DNA from: a virus
Lineage: Duplodnaviria > Caudoviricetes
Length of the DNA: 64,000 nucleotides
Virus record (IMG/VR): IMGVR_UViG_2974692648_000001
Location: 173,510-237,509 of that record
Reading direction: 5' to 3' (one strand)
Of this stretch, positions 39,201-48,155 are shown one piece after another (the stretch's first letter is position 1; each line of letters starts with the position of its first letter). A program made the translations under genes and the position numbers. A model generated the notes under the pieces. The model worked only from the letters and a program-made list of their open reading frames with translations. It was not told where the DNA came from and ran no database searches.

Positions 39201-40874
39201 GACATTAGCGGTAAAGCGATCCCTGACCTTAGTGATGTGAAGGTTGGTATCTACGACCTTGTGACTAGGGAAACATACGACCTGAAACCTTGGATGTTGG
39301 ATAACATCAACATTGCCTATAACTTTAATCCGCCAGCTGGCAGACATCGCTTCATGCAGTACTCCGACGCTTACATGGACTACTACCAAGTTCCTAAGGT
39401 GGTAGAGGTGACCGAAAGTGATCCTTCTGAGGTGGTAGTGCCTACGCAGGTAGTGTTATCTCCGACCATAGAAAACGGTGGTCTTGTGACACGGTCGAAC
39501 ATGAACATTAAAACGGGATTCCGTTTAGTTGACGACCAGTACCGTGATTGGAATGCAACTGGCGAGGTAAATGTTTACGATGATTACGTTGGGCTACTGC
39601 GTGAGACCAAATCAGAGGGTGAAGTTCATCAGGTTCAGATATATGATCCACTCGATCCTGGTTTACGCACTTGGCGTGTGTTCGCTGACTACAAAGAAGT
39701 TGGCACAATCCCAATCTTCATTGTGGAGGGTGACGACGTTATGAACTTGGTACCGGGATCTACTGTAGTTAACCGAGTGGATCAAACGGCGGTTGCGATG
39801 TTCGGTTGTTATTCAGCGACTAACATGACCCCTACTGTCGGTAAAACAGTAAACGTTTGGGAAGTTGGAAAGGAAGGAGCTAAACTGAGTCTAACCACTG
39901 ACGATAGAGGATTAGTTGCGTTTGACTTACCGGCACAAACCACACCGGGTGTTTACCACTACATAGTGGAGTACGACGGTAATCAAGTGCCGTTCGACTT
40001 CCATTGGGTAGCTGCGGATATGGTATTGGGTGAAAGCTTTGGTGAGACATTCTTCCCGACTGTATGGGCTGAAGAAGAGTACCAAGGGTTCAAGGCCGAG
40101 GTAGTCGACCAGAACGGTGACGTCGTAAGTAACGGTGTGAAAGGTATTTCGGTTAAGGACCTTGATGATCCTGAAATGAATTACTGGTACAACATCGATG
40201 GGGAATATGTGAGACCAGCTTACTTTACTAAGGGCAAACACTTAATTGGCATGTCGGCTGGTGCGGTAGCTGAGACGTTTAACATCTTCAGCGGTAATGC
40301 TACTGGACTCCGTACTTTGGCTTACGCTCAAGGTAAGGGTCTGGATGGTCAGAACCTGAAGGTGGCGTTTGGTCTAACTAACGAATCATTCGTACCGATT
40401 AACGGTGCAGTGGTTAAAGTGTGGATAGGAGAGAAATCAGGTGATTCTCATTACGAGGTGACTACTGGTACTTACGGTATCGCCGAGTTTGACATTCCTC
40501 AGCCTGAGGGTGTGACACGCACTTGGTTGTACGCGGAATCAAATGGTCATGAGTTGAAGATACCGGTTGTTTGGGCTAAGAAACCAACACCAAGTAAATT
40601 CAGCACACTGACAGTTCCGACTTCAATCCCGGCAGGATCTACGCTGGACTTCTCTGCAACGATTGTTAACCAAGATGATACGCCAGATAGCATCGATAGC
40701 TGGAAAGCTATTCATGGTGGTGTGTACGTTAAGGCTAACCAGAAGTTTGAGTACTTGTTCTCAGCGTCTGGCGATCATTCGTTAAACATCATTGGTGATC
40801 TATCACCGGGTACTCACGAAATTGTGTTCTTCACATTGGCTGGGTACGAGGTGAAACAAATCACTATCACTTAA
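33222..40874 (+). CDS. second giant Ig-like repeat protein, putative tail fibre/adhesin
   Basis: ATG 33222 after AAGGA; N-terminus homologous to the 22491 protein (IRGNLL..., DGLPD); same repeat motifs. Confidence 0.75.
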   Translation: MTGVIRGNLLKGDTTVKPDGPVSLTLKRDDGLPDTEVVTDADGNWQVEVESATKKKVKFSFFDKSKPLGEHEVEFVKELEIIPASGRFTKENLNGFHGRLIDQDLNPISDAEITYKRKYDDAENWIESSVTTNEHGYFNVMWGINELEPKKLYIQISYGDLSDEFTYDFSDGSLTTYFVDPVGQEELAPGETLKVVGRAFPNYGSGDVNLTEDAFLGHFVDNPLYFVDNSESLESGGKFSIDVDGTHATLMSNNGNLEVKPPVVQGLKPPAIMRFGVRSVLINNPDLHYSGSFPLTCSVYTADYKKPNVDSSELEFYDFNNSPHSYGSYLTEGNDRWYAGEDFVSIREGGYKHTVLCRGRPLADNYVRCFTDGDMLNLVGGTRNWVHVGNEVVNRLALTDNQGNPRSGVTVSFFKGDSETAFRQATTDDLGLVEITLPTESEVTRTFMRAEADGVEATWYNDWVPVTLEVVESVSTPFLPVYFDRDFFMFLTTPLGKDGQPFNPQDSGVYEGLTIQLLDRWYVRPYLSKRDGACEYLLPLQDDTNPIKGGRLSMTCDHFHTEKDVVVGKRVGLNPLPYAQGTSVANQDLTTGWLLLDDALEPVEGGVIDVWIDDRSGAVDHKLTTDKYGIVEITVPFKEGELVRKAYAKHGTDQFELELMWTEKNAACQITITPPQGDIGVDELVTFDVRSLDQHGNEVNEESPVLFNMYGFSNLGVYDKVTHKVEYLGSDRTTDVNVQTNDKVGEQELVFFTEAGFKTVKFNAIQRPVRNTDRLEYSSSTAFPDSEALVGFRVSDDNGQGVPGETVEIRYLGEEVDKLVGNTWIKVHEGGSDEVITTLTTDEFGIVEFPTTMPTDTGTHSWSGTTVSAGPKDRKGKTDVYVHWRDGIITDLKNVKSIPVTESGEKTVFSAELWENVSADNQVITEDNMHIHVYIKELDRTLENTGTFYKGHKVCSIDEVLPDGTYHAVLYVQNAQHEVTLSWGSVAGVNPTSLVYNNFVPKKFPIGARYISSVSLNDDDGKITAMTRAVNVEVYNSDNQVMGEGVIDVDGNGRIQWSTNYGTPNPIETYEFRDGSKVLFSMTAGLVTWPKIKMTPYNLTNPVIGQTITVGAFVENEEETEAVDGIYVTMEDNYGNLLAEGETDEFGFFDISYDRIGEESHMFVRAKCGQSSNYETAPWTDTNSPRWVDLQLTNPPTSVDNDGSVFMNGMMRDQDGNPADRVAYSVYDVRNRSSIGGRSKSDGRIEPSLDNIALGKNPVVVTSANGMVRHVVNYKKMPASADIVSGHSEAMAFDGNPEVTYQLKDSEGNNYVPNEGEVVNLLTQSGRYQKHGTPVGPTGLVTMPWFSKGIGHEVYILANEDMSKALNTTPTEHIAIKEVKVFHASDYPQSGDPGIMLANVQDFNDNPIPNIEFRVKSTTDGFELDAVYKTDANGVGKVLLAGQSDGTNISVELTCGNAVTSYSIGWEDGGESSPGTVILDALPSEASEDDNLPITGKVVDSEGNGISDAFVYLYIGTPNSTYYQEDSVNADADGRFSITPWLESGNLKFLVVNGNDFDSAEVLCYSTPMVTMTNLTIRDIHENQRGRVSALYKDRYGNPVQGETVEFRFDSASGELIDTKTTNEKGHAWTEVTWTQAQGHSEIYAVCNEASDSTYINVAEAGDVAPVVSTIAWHNNVGFVHPEMPALIMGKVLDQHGNPYSKAEVNYYRPDIGSRNMTYTDSDGNFTLEVSPGRFDPTRKDLFGVRGKFTEIAPKWNMGTKFKSGAIKFNKPDFPEGIPYDSTITLSGTVKDTDGSMAEVGDAVIKLKARVRSEGSELGLKEFTVSPDGTWSVDIPTPDKEIKFDVWLEDEYGNGCDRVALWAGPPKTKTLAFAPPTHDYIPEGQNHTRVVYYLLDEEGKPMPNVSIDFKYKGDADSRWNYGSMDRTDEDGHVNTRIQLRNSTTIELRIKAEGLTTKHTIVRTSDPVGTNLVGVYYPDSTSVSRGLTGWAKLTDISGKAIPDLSDVKVGIYDLVTRETYDLKPWMLDNINIAYNFNPPAGRHRFMQYSDAYMDYYQVPKVVEVTESDPSEVVVPTQVVLSPTIENGGLVTRSNMNIKTGFRLVDDQYRDWNATGEVNVYDDYVGLLRETKSEGEVHQVQIYDPLDPGLRTWRVFADYKEVGTIPIFIVEGDDVMNLVPGSTVVNRVDQTAVAMFGCYSATNMTPTVGKTVNVWEVGKEGAKLSLTTDDRGLVAFDLPAQTTPGVYHYIVEYDGNQVPFDFHWVAADMVLGESFGETFFPTVWAEEEYQGFKAEVVDQNGDVVSNGVKGISVKDLDDPEMNYWYNIDGEYVRPAYFTKGKHLIGMSAGAVAETFNIFSGNATGLRTLAYAQGKGLDGQNLKVAFGLTNESFVPINGAVVKVWIGEKSGDSHYEVTTGTYGIAEFDIPQPEGVTRTWLYAESNGHELKIPVVWAKKPTPSKFSTLTVPTSIPAGSTLDFSATIVNQDDTPDSIDSWKAIHGGVYVKANQKFEYLFSASGDHSLNIIGDLSPGTHEIVFFTLAGYEVKQITIT

Positions 40875-40886
40875 TCATAACTAACT

Positions 40887-40924
40887 ATAACCGAGTAGGA
40901 CTTTCGTCCTACTCGGTTATTTAT
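40887..40924 (+). terminator. hairpin/terminator
   Basis: ATAACCGAGTAGGAC-TTTC-GTCCTACTCGGTTAT. Confidence 0.75.
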
Positions 40925-40962
40925 GCATCGTATAGACCCTAGCCATTAAGCAAGGAGTTATC

Positions 40963-43900
40963 ATGGGTGCCAAATTAGAATTTAAATTTAACGAACAAGA
41001 ACAAGTTTTAAAATACCTAAGCATAGAGAAAGAAACACTCCCTACGAAGCTAGTGGATGAACCTTCAGACGACGTACCGGAGCGTAACTGGGAGGAGTTA
41101 TTAAAAGCACACTGGGAAGAAGACTCTCTGAGTTCTTTAAAGACCGTCCGATTCATGAAGGACTTTGAAAGATATCGAGCTAGACCTGATTTAAAGACCA
41201 CCAATAAATCTTTCATCCGTACTATGGACGTATTCCGCCGCATGGGCATCAAGAACTGTGCTTTCCACTTACAACTTAACAACCCTATGTTGGTTGGAGT
41301 GGACCCTCGTTCCCCAGACTTAACAGATGATCAACGACTAATGATCATGAAAGAGATGCAAGAGAACTTCTGGTATTTCTTAAGGGAAGTGTGTCACTTA
41401 AACGGTGGTATCCGTTTCCGTGCTAACCGTGCTAACATTTCCTTTGCGTGGTGTTGGTTAAACCACCTGACTACAATGTTAATCCTCCCACGTCAGCAAG
41501 GTAAAGAATTATCTGTTGATGCTAAAATCAAAACTATGAATGGATGGGTTCGAAACGGAGACCTTAAACCAGGTGATGTGATACTGACGTCTAAGGGTGA
41601 TCCATGTAAAGTTAAGGGGGTTTATCCTCAAGGGGTTAAGTCTTTATATTGGGTTACTATGGAAGACGGTCGTCGGGTGAAGGCAGGTCTTGATCACTTG
41701 TGGAAAGTATTTGACTGGGGTAAGAATCGTTGGAAGATATGCAGTACTCGGGAATTGATCTCTGATTTATGTAAAGGACGTAAATGCAGTATTCCTATCG
41801 CACTCCCAGAACACAAGACTGATGTTAAGCTTCCTGTCCACCCTTGGCTACTGGGGATGATCTTAGGAGGAAATGGGATTACTGGTGCGCTAACCAAGAT
41901 TGGAAACAAAGATCCAATTGTGCGTCAAAAACTAGATCACATTCTAAGCCTCCACGAGAAACCTATAGTGACCGGAAAGGGGATCCCAGACGAATACCTT
42001 ACCTCATCTTATTTGCAGCGTGTGGAGCTTGTACAGGGCTTAATGGACGCTCATGGGGAAGTGACACCTACAGGTAATTTGTTATGGGTAAATGACGACG
42101 TGGAATTCAACGTGCGTTTGACTGAGCTCGTTCGATCGGTAGGTGGCGTAGTTTATACAAGCGAAGATGGAACCTGTTTAGAAATCAACGACCCTGCGTT
42201 AGACTTATTGGTTTCAGTAGATTATAAACGTAATCTGTTGAGACATAACTCTAAGGGTGTAGCGAGACCCACTCAGTTAGAGATTACTTCTATTGAGTAT
42301 GCTTGTGACGAAGAAGCGTTATGTATCGAGATAGATGACCCAGAACACCTGTACGTTACAGACGATTACATCGTAACCCACAACACGGTTACTGCACAAT
42401 GTATCTTTTTCTGGTTAACTTACATATCTGGTCGTGCTTACGAGTCTCACCTCATTACTCTGAAAGACGATAACCGACAACAATTCGTTGATGCGATTAA
42501 GGGTATCCGTAACAATATCCCGTCGTGGATGACGAACGTCACCTACCGAGATAAAGACGCAGGTAACTCGTTAACGTACTCTGCCTTTGGTGATGAGGTT
42601 AAGAACAAACTCACTATATCGGTACCACAGATCGGTCAGGAAGCAGCACGAAACGTTGGTCGTGGTTTAACCATCAAGTCTCGTTTCATAGATGAGCCTG
42701 CGTACATTAAGTGGATGGAAGAAATCCTCAACGGTGCTGGCCCATCTACGTTGACGGCTCGTGAAAACGCCCGCAGACTAAATGAACCTTACGCTACTGG
42801 GTTCATTACAACACCTGCGAGTATACTGACAGAATCTGGTCAGTATATGTACAACATCCTCATGGAGTCTACGGAATGGCGTGAAAACTATTTCGATACT
42901 TACGGGGAATCTCATCTGTACGATGTGCTGTTGAAGAACGCACCCAAAGCCACTACTAGTCCGTCAGTTGGCATGGTCTTCAACTACCTGCAACTTGGTA
43001 AGAACCGAGACTGGGTTAAGAAAACCATCGACGAACTTAAGTTGTCACTCAGTGAAGCTAAGATCGACTTGTTGTTGATGTGGGATGATAATGGTAAAGG
43101 TAAGTTATTCGATGACGAAACTCGTGATGCGTTGAATGATGCTAAACGTGGTCGTAGTTGGAGTCAACAGATCTCCGGTACATCTTTGTTCTTTGACTGG
43201 TTCATCACAGAAGAAGAACATGCCGAGATTATGAGTGGTGGAAAGAACTCCACTTTCTACTTAATTGGTTTGGATACTTCTGGTGCGGTAGGTCGAGACG
43301 CTTGCACTATCGTAGTGCGAGATATCAGAGACGGCTCTGTAGCGGGTGTAGGGCGTTATCAGCGTGCTTTCTTAACCGAGGTAGGGATGGTGGTCCAAAC
43401 ATTGCTCATGGAGCTTCCTAACTCGCTATTGATACCAGAACGTAACTACGCTCACCACATGATCGATCAATTGTTACAATCACTCCCTGCTATGGGACTG
43501 GATCCATTTAAGAAGATCTATAACCGCATCTTCCAAGATCCGATGAAATACCAAAACCATTACCGTGATATTAAAGCCCGCGCCTTTGGTAATCGCAACG
43601 ACGTGTTCTATTTGAAATACAAAGAGTTCTTTGGTTTCAACACTGGAGCGAAATCACGTGAGACCATGTACGGGTTCTTAGAAGAAGCGGTGAGCTTAAC
43701 CGGGTCTGGGACCAACTACACTAAATTGATTGACGAGTTAACTAACTTGAAGATTAAGAACGGACGCATTGACCACGAAACTGGTAACCACGATGATATC
43801 GTAATCAGTTGGTTATTAACATACTGGTTTATTAAGTTAGGGGAAAACAAAAATGAATACGGTATTCCTGCTGGCATTGCCTTAACTAACGTTAATATGT

Positions 43901-44175
43901 TACGCCTTGGTGAAACCAAGAAAGAACTCTCCGATCCAGTAAAACAAAAACGCATTGCTTTCTACCGACAAAAAATCGATGAAGTAAGTGCGAAGTTGAT
44001 GGACTGTGATGACCCTATCATAGTCGCACGCCTTGAAGTGGCTCTGGAGCGTTTGCGTGATATGGTTCCGGATGATGTCCGTAAGTCGATTACAATTGAT
44101 GATATTAAACGTCAAGCTGAAACCGAGCGTAATAAACGTATGTTGGAAAACAAGCGTAAAGGGTATCGTCGTTAG
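40963..44175 (+). CDS. terL: terminase large subunit (phiKZ gp25-like) with intein
   Basis: N.WYFLREV, ANRAN, Walker A PRQQGK/T, Walker B FIDEPAY, nuclease GLDTS..GRD, PERN, RIDH...HDD. Confidence 0.92.
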   Translation: MGAKLEFKFNEQEQVLKYLSIEKETLPTKLVDEPSDDVPERNWEELLKAHWEEDSLSSLKTVRFMKDFERYRARPDLKTTNKSFIRTMDVFRRMGIKNCAFHLQLNNPMLVGVDPRSPDLTDDQRLMIMKEMQENFWYFLREVCHLNGGIRFRANRANISFAWCWLNHLTTMLILPRQQGKELSVDAKIKTMNGWVRNGDLKPGDVILTSKGDPCKVKGVYPQGVKSLYWVTMEDGRRVKAGLDHLWKVFDWGKNRWKICSTRELISDLCKGRKCSIPIALPEHKTDVKLPVHPWLLGMILGGNGITGALTKIGNKDPIVRQKLDHILSLHEKPIVTGKGIPDEYLTSSYLQRVELVQGLMDAHGEVTPTGNLLWVNDDVEFNVRLTELVRSVGGVVYTSEDGTCLEINDPALDLLVSVDYKRNLLRHNSKGVARPTQLEITSIEYACDEEALCIEIDDPEHLYVTDDYIVTHNTVTAQCIFFWLTYISGRAYESHLITLKDDNRQQFVDAIKGIRNNIPSWMTNVTYRDKDAGNSLTYSAFGDEVKNKLTISVPQIGQEAARNVGRGLTIKSRFIDEPAYIKWMEEILNGAGPSTLTARENARRLNEPYATGFITTPASILTESGQYMYNILMESTEWRENYFDTYGESHLYDVLLKNAPKATTSPSVGMVFNYLQLGKNRDWVKKTIDELKLSLSEAKIDLLLMWDDNGKGKLFDDETRDALNDAKRGRSWSQQISGTSLFFDWFITEEEHAEIMSGGKNSTFYLIGLDTSGAVGRDACTIVVRDIRDGSVAGVGRYQRAFLTEVGMVVQTLLMELPNSLLIPERNYAHHMIDQLLQSLPAMGLDPFKKIYNRIFQDPMKYQNHYRDIKARAFGNRNDVFYLKYKEFFGFNTGAKSRETMYGFLEEAVSLTGSGTNYTKLIDELTNLKIKNGRIDHETGNHDDIVISWLLTYWFIKLGENKNEYGIPAGIALTNVNMLRLGETKKELSDPVKQKRIAFYRQKIDEVSAKLMDCDDPIIVARLEVALERLRDMVPDDVRKSITIDDIKRQAETERNKRMLENKRKGYRR
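41506..42384 (+). mobile_element. class-3 intein (293 aa) with degenerate LAGLIDADG region
   Basis: Inserted at GK|T of Walker A; block B DHLW, block F ALCIEID, block G VTHN|T. Confidence 0.88.
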
Positions 44176-44187
44176 GTAAAATGCAAA

Positions 44188-44229
44188 TATAACTCCTACC
44201 TCCCTAGGGAGGTAGGAGTTATAACTTTT
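44188..44229. terminator. bidirectional terminator / perfect 36-bp palindrome
   Basis: TATAACTCCTACCTCCCT|AGGGAGGTAGGAGTTATA between convergent terL and tmk. Confidence 0.8.
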
Positions 44230-44359
44230 ATCGTCTTGCCGGAGCTTAAGTTACCGCCAAATAACTTAACGCAAGACTACCTTACCAAAAAGAGGAGTTA
44301 TCATGTGTCCCACTTTCCAAACCTAGACCACACATAAAATGTAACACTTGGGTAAAAGT

Positions 44360-44983
44360 TTACATCCCGAGTCGTTTTAACTCTTCATAAACTTCATCTG
44401 GATCATTAGAACGAATCACTTTAACGTTCGAACTTAATTGCAATAAACGCAATGAGTTCTGGTACTCTTTTTGGAAGTGACAGAAAACAGTTGGGTCACT
44501 GATGTGTGTCTCAATCGCTTCGGTTTCTTCTCGGTCTTTACCAAGTCGTTCGATGTAAGTTGGATGATCTATTTCCAAATAAACAACTACATCCGGCGTC
44601 ACGTTTTTAGATAGATAGCGACCTGCTTGTACGTTAGCCAGTAAAATGGCGTTGGCGTCGTGGTTTTTGTCTTGTTGGTAAACCATGGAGGTTAAGAGAC
44701 AACGGTCCGTGATAACACACTGTCCTGCCTTTAGAGCCGGGTTTACTTTTTCTTCATAGAGTGCGACACGTTGGGCGACACTCATATGGATCTGGGCAAC
44801 CTTAGGGATCGTAGGGGAAATAACCATCTTACGGATAGTCTTCCATTCCTCAGAGTCTTTACGAGGTTCAGCGAGCAGTACGGGGCGTTCTAGGTTGTCC
44901 GCCTGCATCTTCTCTAAGATCTTTTCGATCATGGTGGATTTGCCGGCGTAATCTAAGCCTTCAAACGCAATTACTTTATTCAC
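44360..44983 (-). CDS. tmk: thymidylate kinase
   Basis: P-loop FEGLDYAGKST, AEP, DR..LTSMVYQ, PD...YL. Confidence 0.92.
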   Translation of the reverse strand: MNKVIAFEGLDYAGKSTMIEKILEKMQADNLERPVLLAEPRKDSEEWKTIRKMVISPTIPKVAQIHMSVAQRVALYEEKVNPALKAGQCVITDRCLLTSMVYQQDKNHDANAILLANVQAGRYLSKNVTPDVVVYLEIDHPTYIERLGKDREETEAIETHISDPTVFCHFQKEYQNSLRLLQLSSNVKVIRSNDPDEVYEELKRLGM

Positions 44984-45006
44984 AACTTAAAAAATCCTTA
45001 ATAAAA

Positions 45007-45032
45007 CGTAGGGAGTCTATAGACTCCCTACG
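45007..45032. repeat. perfect 26-bp palindrome (hairpin)
   Basis: CGTAGGGAGTCTA|TAGACTCCCTACG in the intergenic gap. Confidence 0.8.
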
Positions 45033-45041
45033 ATAGTAAAA

Positions 45042-46412
45042 TTAAACACGGTCTTTAGTTAATACACGTAGCACGATATACAACATTAGGGCAGTGCGTA
45101 ATGCAGAGTACGTAACACGAGTACGGATACCGGTCAGGTCTTGTACGATGTCATCTCCCATGGCACGCATTTTCAGAATAGATTCATTCTGGTTACGAGG
45201 GGATGCGTAAGTTCCCGCCATACGTGTGATTACCTCACGAAGATTAGTCTGACGAATTCGGTTAGAGTTTAAGTACTCAAACAAATGAGTCAGCACCTCA
45301 TCTACGAATTCCTGGTAATATTCGCCACGTTTATTCCGTGCCTGATAGTTACCAGGGAACTCTTTAAGAACACGTTCTAGTTTATCCTTAGGGGCGTTAT
45401 CGATCTTTTTAGTGATCACGTCCGCTAGTTCCTCTTTATAGAAACCAGTAGGGGCGGTAAGGATGATTTTAGCGTAGTTCTTATAAACGTTAACTTGCTT
45501 GGTAATCTCCTTGACAGTCATACCTTCTTCCATGTTAACTTGAGCTTTATCAAGCTGCATGATGTTAGTACGGTTTTTTACGTCATGGAACACTTTGTTG
45601 ATATCGTTAACTAGACCACGAAGACGGTCCTGAATATCACCTACCATGTAAATGATTTTCTTATCGTCGTTCATTTGTGTAAACGTTTTATAGTGTATCC
45701 CGGTAGTTGGGCTGATGATGTACTCAGCACGCGCCAAGAACAGCGCTCGCCAACTTTCATACTTTTTAATGTCGTACTTCAGGCTAAGGCGGTTATACGT
45801 CTCATAAACGATCTCAGGCTTCGCTAGGTACTTGTAGTCATTGTGAATCATTGAAGTGATACATTTACAATGATACATGAAAAGTACCATGATCTGGGCT
45901 TCACGTTTCATACCCGCCGGGAGTTGCTTGGAATGTTGGATCTTCCAAAGCAGATAAGGAATGGTCAAGTTAAAAACGTCACCGGTTACCGCCCAGTCTT
46001 TGTTAACCCACTTACACTCGTGGAGACTTTCCTTCAACTCTTCCTCATCGACATCCCAAATGTCGGTAAACCATTCGTTACGGTCAGCCGTAGTGAATGT
46101 GATTTTTTGCAAACCGAGATAAGGAGAACCAAAGAAGTCACCGTAGTCAGTGATACCGACTTTACGGGTCGTGAAGTTAAACATGTAACGCTTTAGACGA
46201 GTTGCCCACTTAACGTCGATGACTAGATCACGACCAAAGTGTTCACAAACATCCAAGATGGCATTATCACGTTTGTAGTTAAAGTTAGGAATCAACGACT
46301 CCATACCGTCGATCAGGAATTCATCCTGGGACTGGTACGGTTGATCGTTGAATAAAGATACGGTGGGTTCGTAGAAACTCTCCCCACCAAACACGTCGTG
46401 TTCTAAAAACAT
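45042..46412 (-). CDS. conserved jumbo-phage hypothetical protein
   Basis: 456-aa ORF coupled to the upstream gene; resembles phiKZ-like core hypotheticals (recollection, unverified). Confidence 0.7.
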   Translation of the reverse strand: MFLEHDVFGGESFYEPTVSLFNDQPYQSQDEFLIDGMESLIPNFNYKRDNAILDVCEHFGRDLVIDVKWATRLKRYMFNFTTRKVGITDYGDFFGSPYLGLQKITFTTADRNEWFTDIWDVDEEELKESLHECKWVNKDWAVTGDVFNLTIPYLLWKIQHSKQLPAGMKREAQIMVLFMYHCKCITSMIHNDYKYLAKPEIVYETYNRLSLKYDIKKYESWRALFLARAEYIISPTTGIHYKTFTQMNDDKKIIYMVGDIQDRLRGLVNDINKVFHDVKNRTNIMQLDKAQVNMEEGMTVKEITKQVNVYKNYAKIILTAPTGFYKEELADVITKKIDNAPKDKLERVLKEFPGNYQARNKRGEYYQEFVDEVLTHLFEYLNSNRIRQTNLREVITRMAGTYASPRNQNESILKMRAMGDDIVQDLTGIRTRVTYSALRTALMLYIVLRVLTKDRV

Positions 46413-47257
46413 TACATTCTCCCAGGAACAGTCTTACGAATCATTTCTGCTTTACGCTGAGTATCGGAGTAAGACATAAACTTGAGCCATTCATTTTCGA
46501 AGTACTCTTTGTAATCTTTCCAAGCATCTTGATATCCGTAAACTTCGTCTCGGATAGAGTCCACGTTTACTCCACCACGAACCACACCTTCGTTAATTTT
46601 GTTACGAACGTTTTTGTAAATGTGCGCTTTGGTTGCGTGTTCTACTAAAGTCGCAAAGTAAGGATAAGCTCGTGGGTTGATGTGGGATAAGGCATCGTCA
46701 GATTCCAATACCATACGAGCAGTCATAGAAAAGATGCCTGACGGACAATTGCTGATAATGAACGTGTTATTACCGATCACTTGGATGTTGGTAAACGTTT
46801 GCGGGATCGCTCGGTTAGATCGAAGTCCGTTCAACATACCTGCGGTCATGTCATTCAATGCACCTTCACCACAACCCACGTTTTGAGCGGCCATGGAAAG
46901 TGCACCACTAGAAGCTCCAATAGAACCTTGGTATACTTCCGCTACTGAGATGATCTTACGACCACCAGTTACGAAGTCTGGGACTTGTACTTGGATTTTA
47001 CCGTGACCTAACTGGATGATACTGGACCCAGTCAAATCAATTAATTCTGTTACGCCACCTTGGACGTTACACTGTTTGAGGACCACCCCATGGATAACAC
47101 GTTCTCGTAGACCCTGCTCAACGCTATAGTTGATCGGTTCTGATAACCAGTTATCCACTACGTTTTGGTTAGGGTTAGCAAACGCTAGCTCCAATACGTA
47201 ACTTGAGATGTCCCCGCCTTCTACTACTTCGTTGATTGCATAATCTACGCAGTTCAT
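46412..47257 (-). CDS. conserved jumbo-phage hypothetical (possibly virion) protein
   Basis: 281-aa ORF with AAGG RBS; resembles phiKZ-like core hypotheticals (unverified). Confidence 0.7.
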   Translation of the reverse strand: MNCVDYAINEVVEGGDISSYVLELAFANPNQNVVDNWLSEPINYSVEQGLRERVIHGVVLKQCNVQGGVTELIDLTGSSIIQLGHGKIQVQVPDFVTGGRKIISVAEVYQGSIGASSGALSMAAQNVGCGEGALNDMTAGMLNGLRSNRAIPQTFTNIQVIGNNTFIISNCPSGIFSMTARMVLESDDALSHINPRAYPYFATLVEHATKAHIYKNVRNKINEGVVRGGVNVDSIRDEVYGYQDAWKDYKEYFENEWLKFMSYSDTQRKAEMIRKTVPGRM

Positions 47258-47315
47258 AATACGCTACCTTATGAGTTGTATGGTCGGTGAGTGGTTCAAT
47301 AAAATTCCAAAATGC

Positions 47316-47347
47316 AAAAATAAGGGGTAGGGGATGGGACCCCTACC
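47316..47347 (-). terminator. minus-strand intrinsic terminator
   Basis: GGTAGGGG/CCCCTACC stem followed on the minus strand by TTATTTTT. Confidence 0.65.
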
Positions 47348-47551
47348 GAACCTTAAAATCAACCTAAATATTGAAACCCAATCGCAAGACATTCCGGGCC
47401 AAATGACCATCGAAAGACAACCAACCACAGCGTCTATCGTTTAAGAGTTACCTTGCTATATAATAGGTTTTAGGATTTAATGTATAGTTTCTTTAACTGG
47501 GATTCTATATTTAATGTCAGATTTCAATAACTTATAACAGGAGTAACGACA

Positions 47552-48145
47552 ATGTCTTTTCCTTATAAAGACGTCGTAGCCGCGCTGCAATTTGTATTGC
47601 TCCGCATGATTTACGACAACTTCAGTACCATCGTTCACGCCGGCCATCGAGAACTCGTCCGCAATGGTGGAGTAGAAACTCACATCGTTTATTTTGGTTC
47701 CGCTCAAGGTGGTTTCCAAGTTATCATGCGTCGGGATACTAAAGCCCGATATCACTTGGATTTTTTAAATGTACCATTCCCTTTAGGGGAACGTGATTTT
47801 ACCGTCACCTTAGGTCGAGGAAAGAATTTGGTTAACCATAGGGTCATGAACGATGTGGGTGCTCGGCTTAACGCTTTCTTGGGTGATTCAACTTACGCTA
47901 AAAAGAAATCCTTATTAACTCGTCATGTGTTGGAATACGCCAGCAAGGATGTGGAGGTGGAAATCCCCGGATGGTTTACCCGTATGCTAGGAACTCATCA
48001 ATACAACTTTAACGGTCAGATTGATAAAACCGGACTCCCGGGATTAACTCTAGTCCACGAAACAAAATGGAAGTGGTTTGAAGGCAGCAGTGAAGTCGGT
48101 ATCCACGTCCATCTGTTTGGTGGAGTTAAGGAAGTCTTGAAATAA
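47552..48145 (+). CDS. hypothetical protein
   Basis: AGGAG RBS, 197 aa. Confidence 0.75.
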   Translation: MSFPYKDVVAALQFVLLRMIYDNFSTIVHAGHRELVRNGGVETHIVYFGSAQGGFQVIMRRDTKARYHLDFLNVPFPLGERDFTVTLGRGKNLVNHRVMNDVGARLNAFLGDSTYAKKKSLLTRHVLEYASKDVEVEIPGWFTRMLGTHQYNFNGQIDKTGLPGLTLVHETKWKWFEGSSEVGIHVHLFGGVKEVLK

Positions 48146-48155
48146 ATTAGGATAT

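Noticed and set aside
17717-40874. Diversity-generating retroelement or invertible cassette acting on the Ig genes
   Set aside because: No near-identical TR/VR DNA repeats, reverse transcriptase or recombinase seen
44293-44326. AGGAGTTATCATG identical to the terminase start context, opening a 7-codon ORF (MCPTFQT)
   Set aside because: Too short to support; a 13-nt match made largely of RBS plus ATG can be chance
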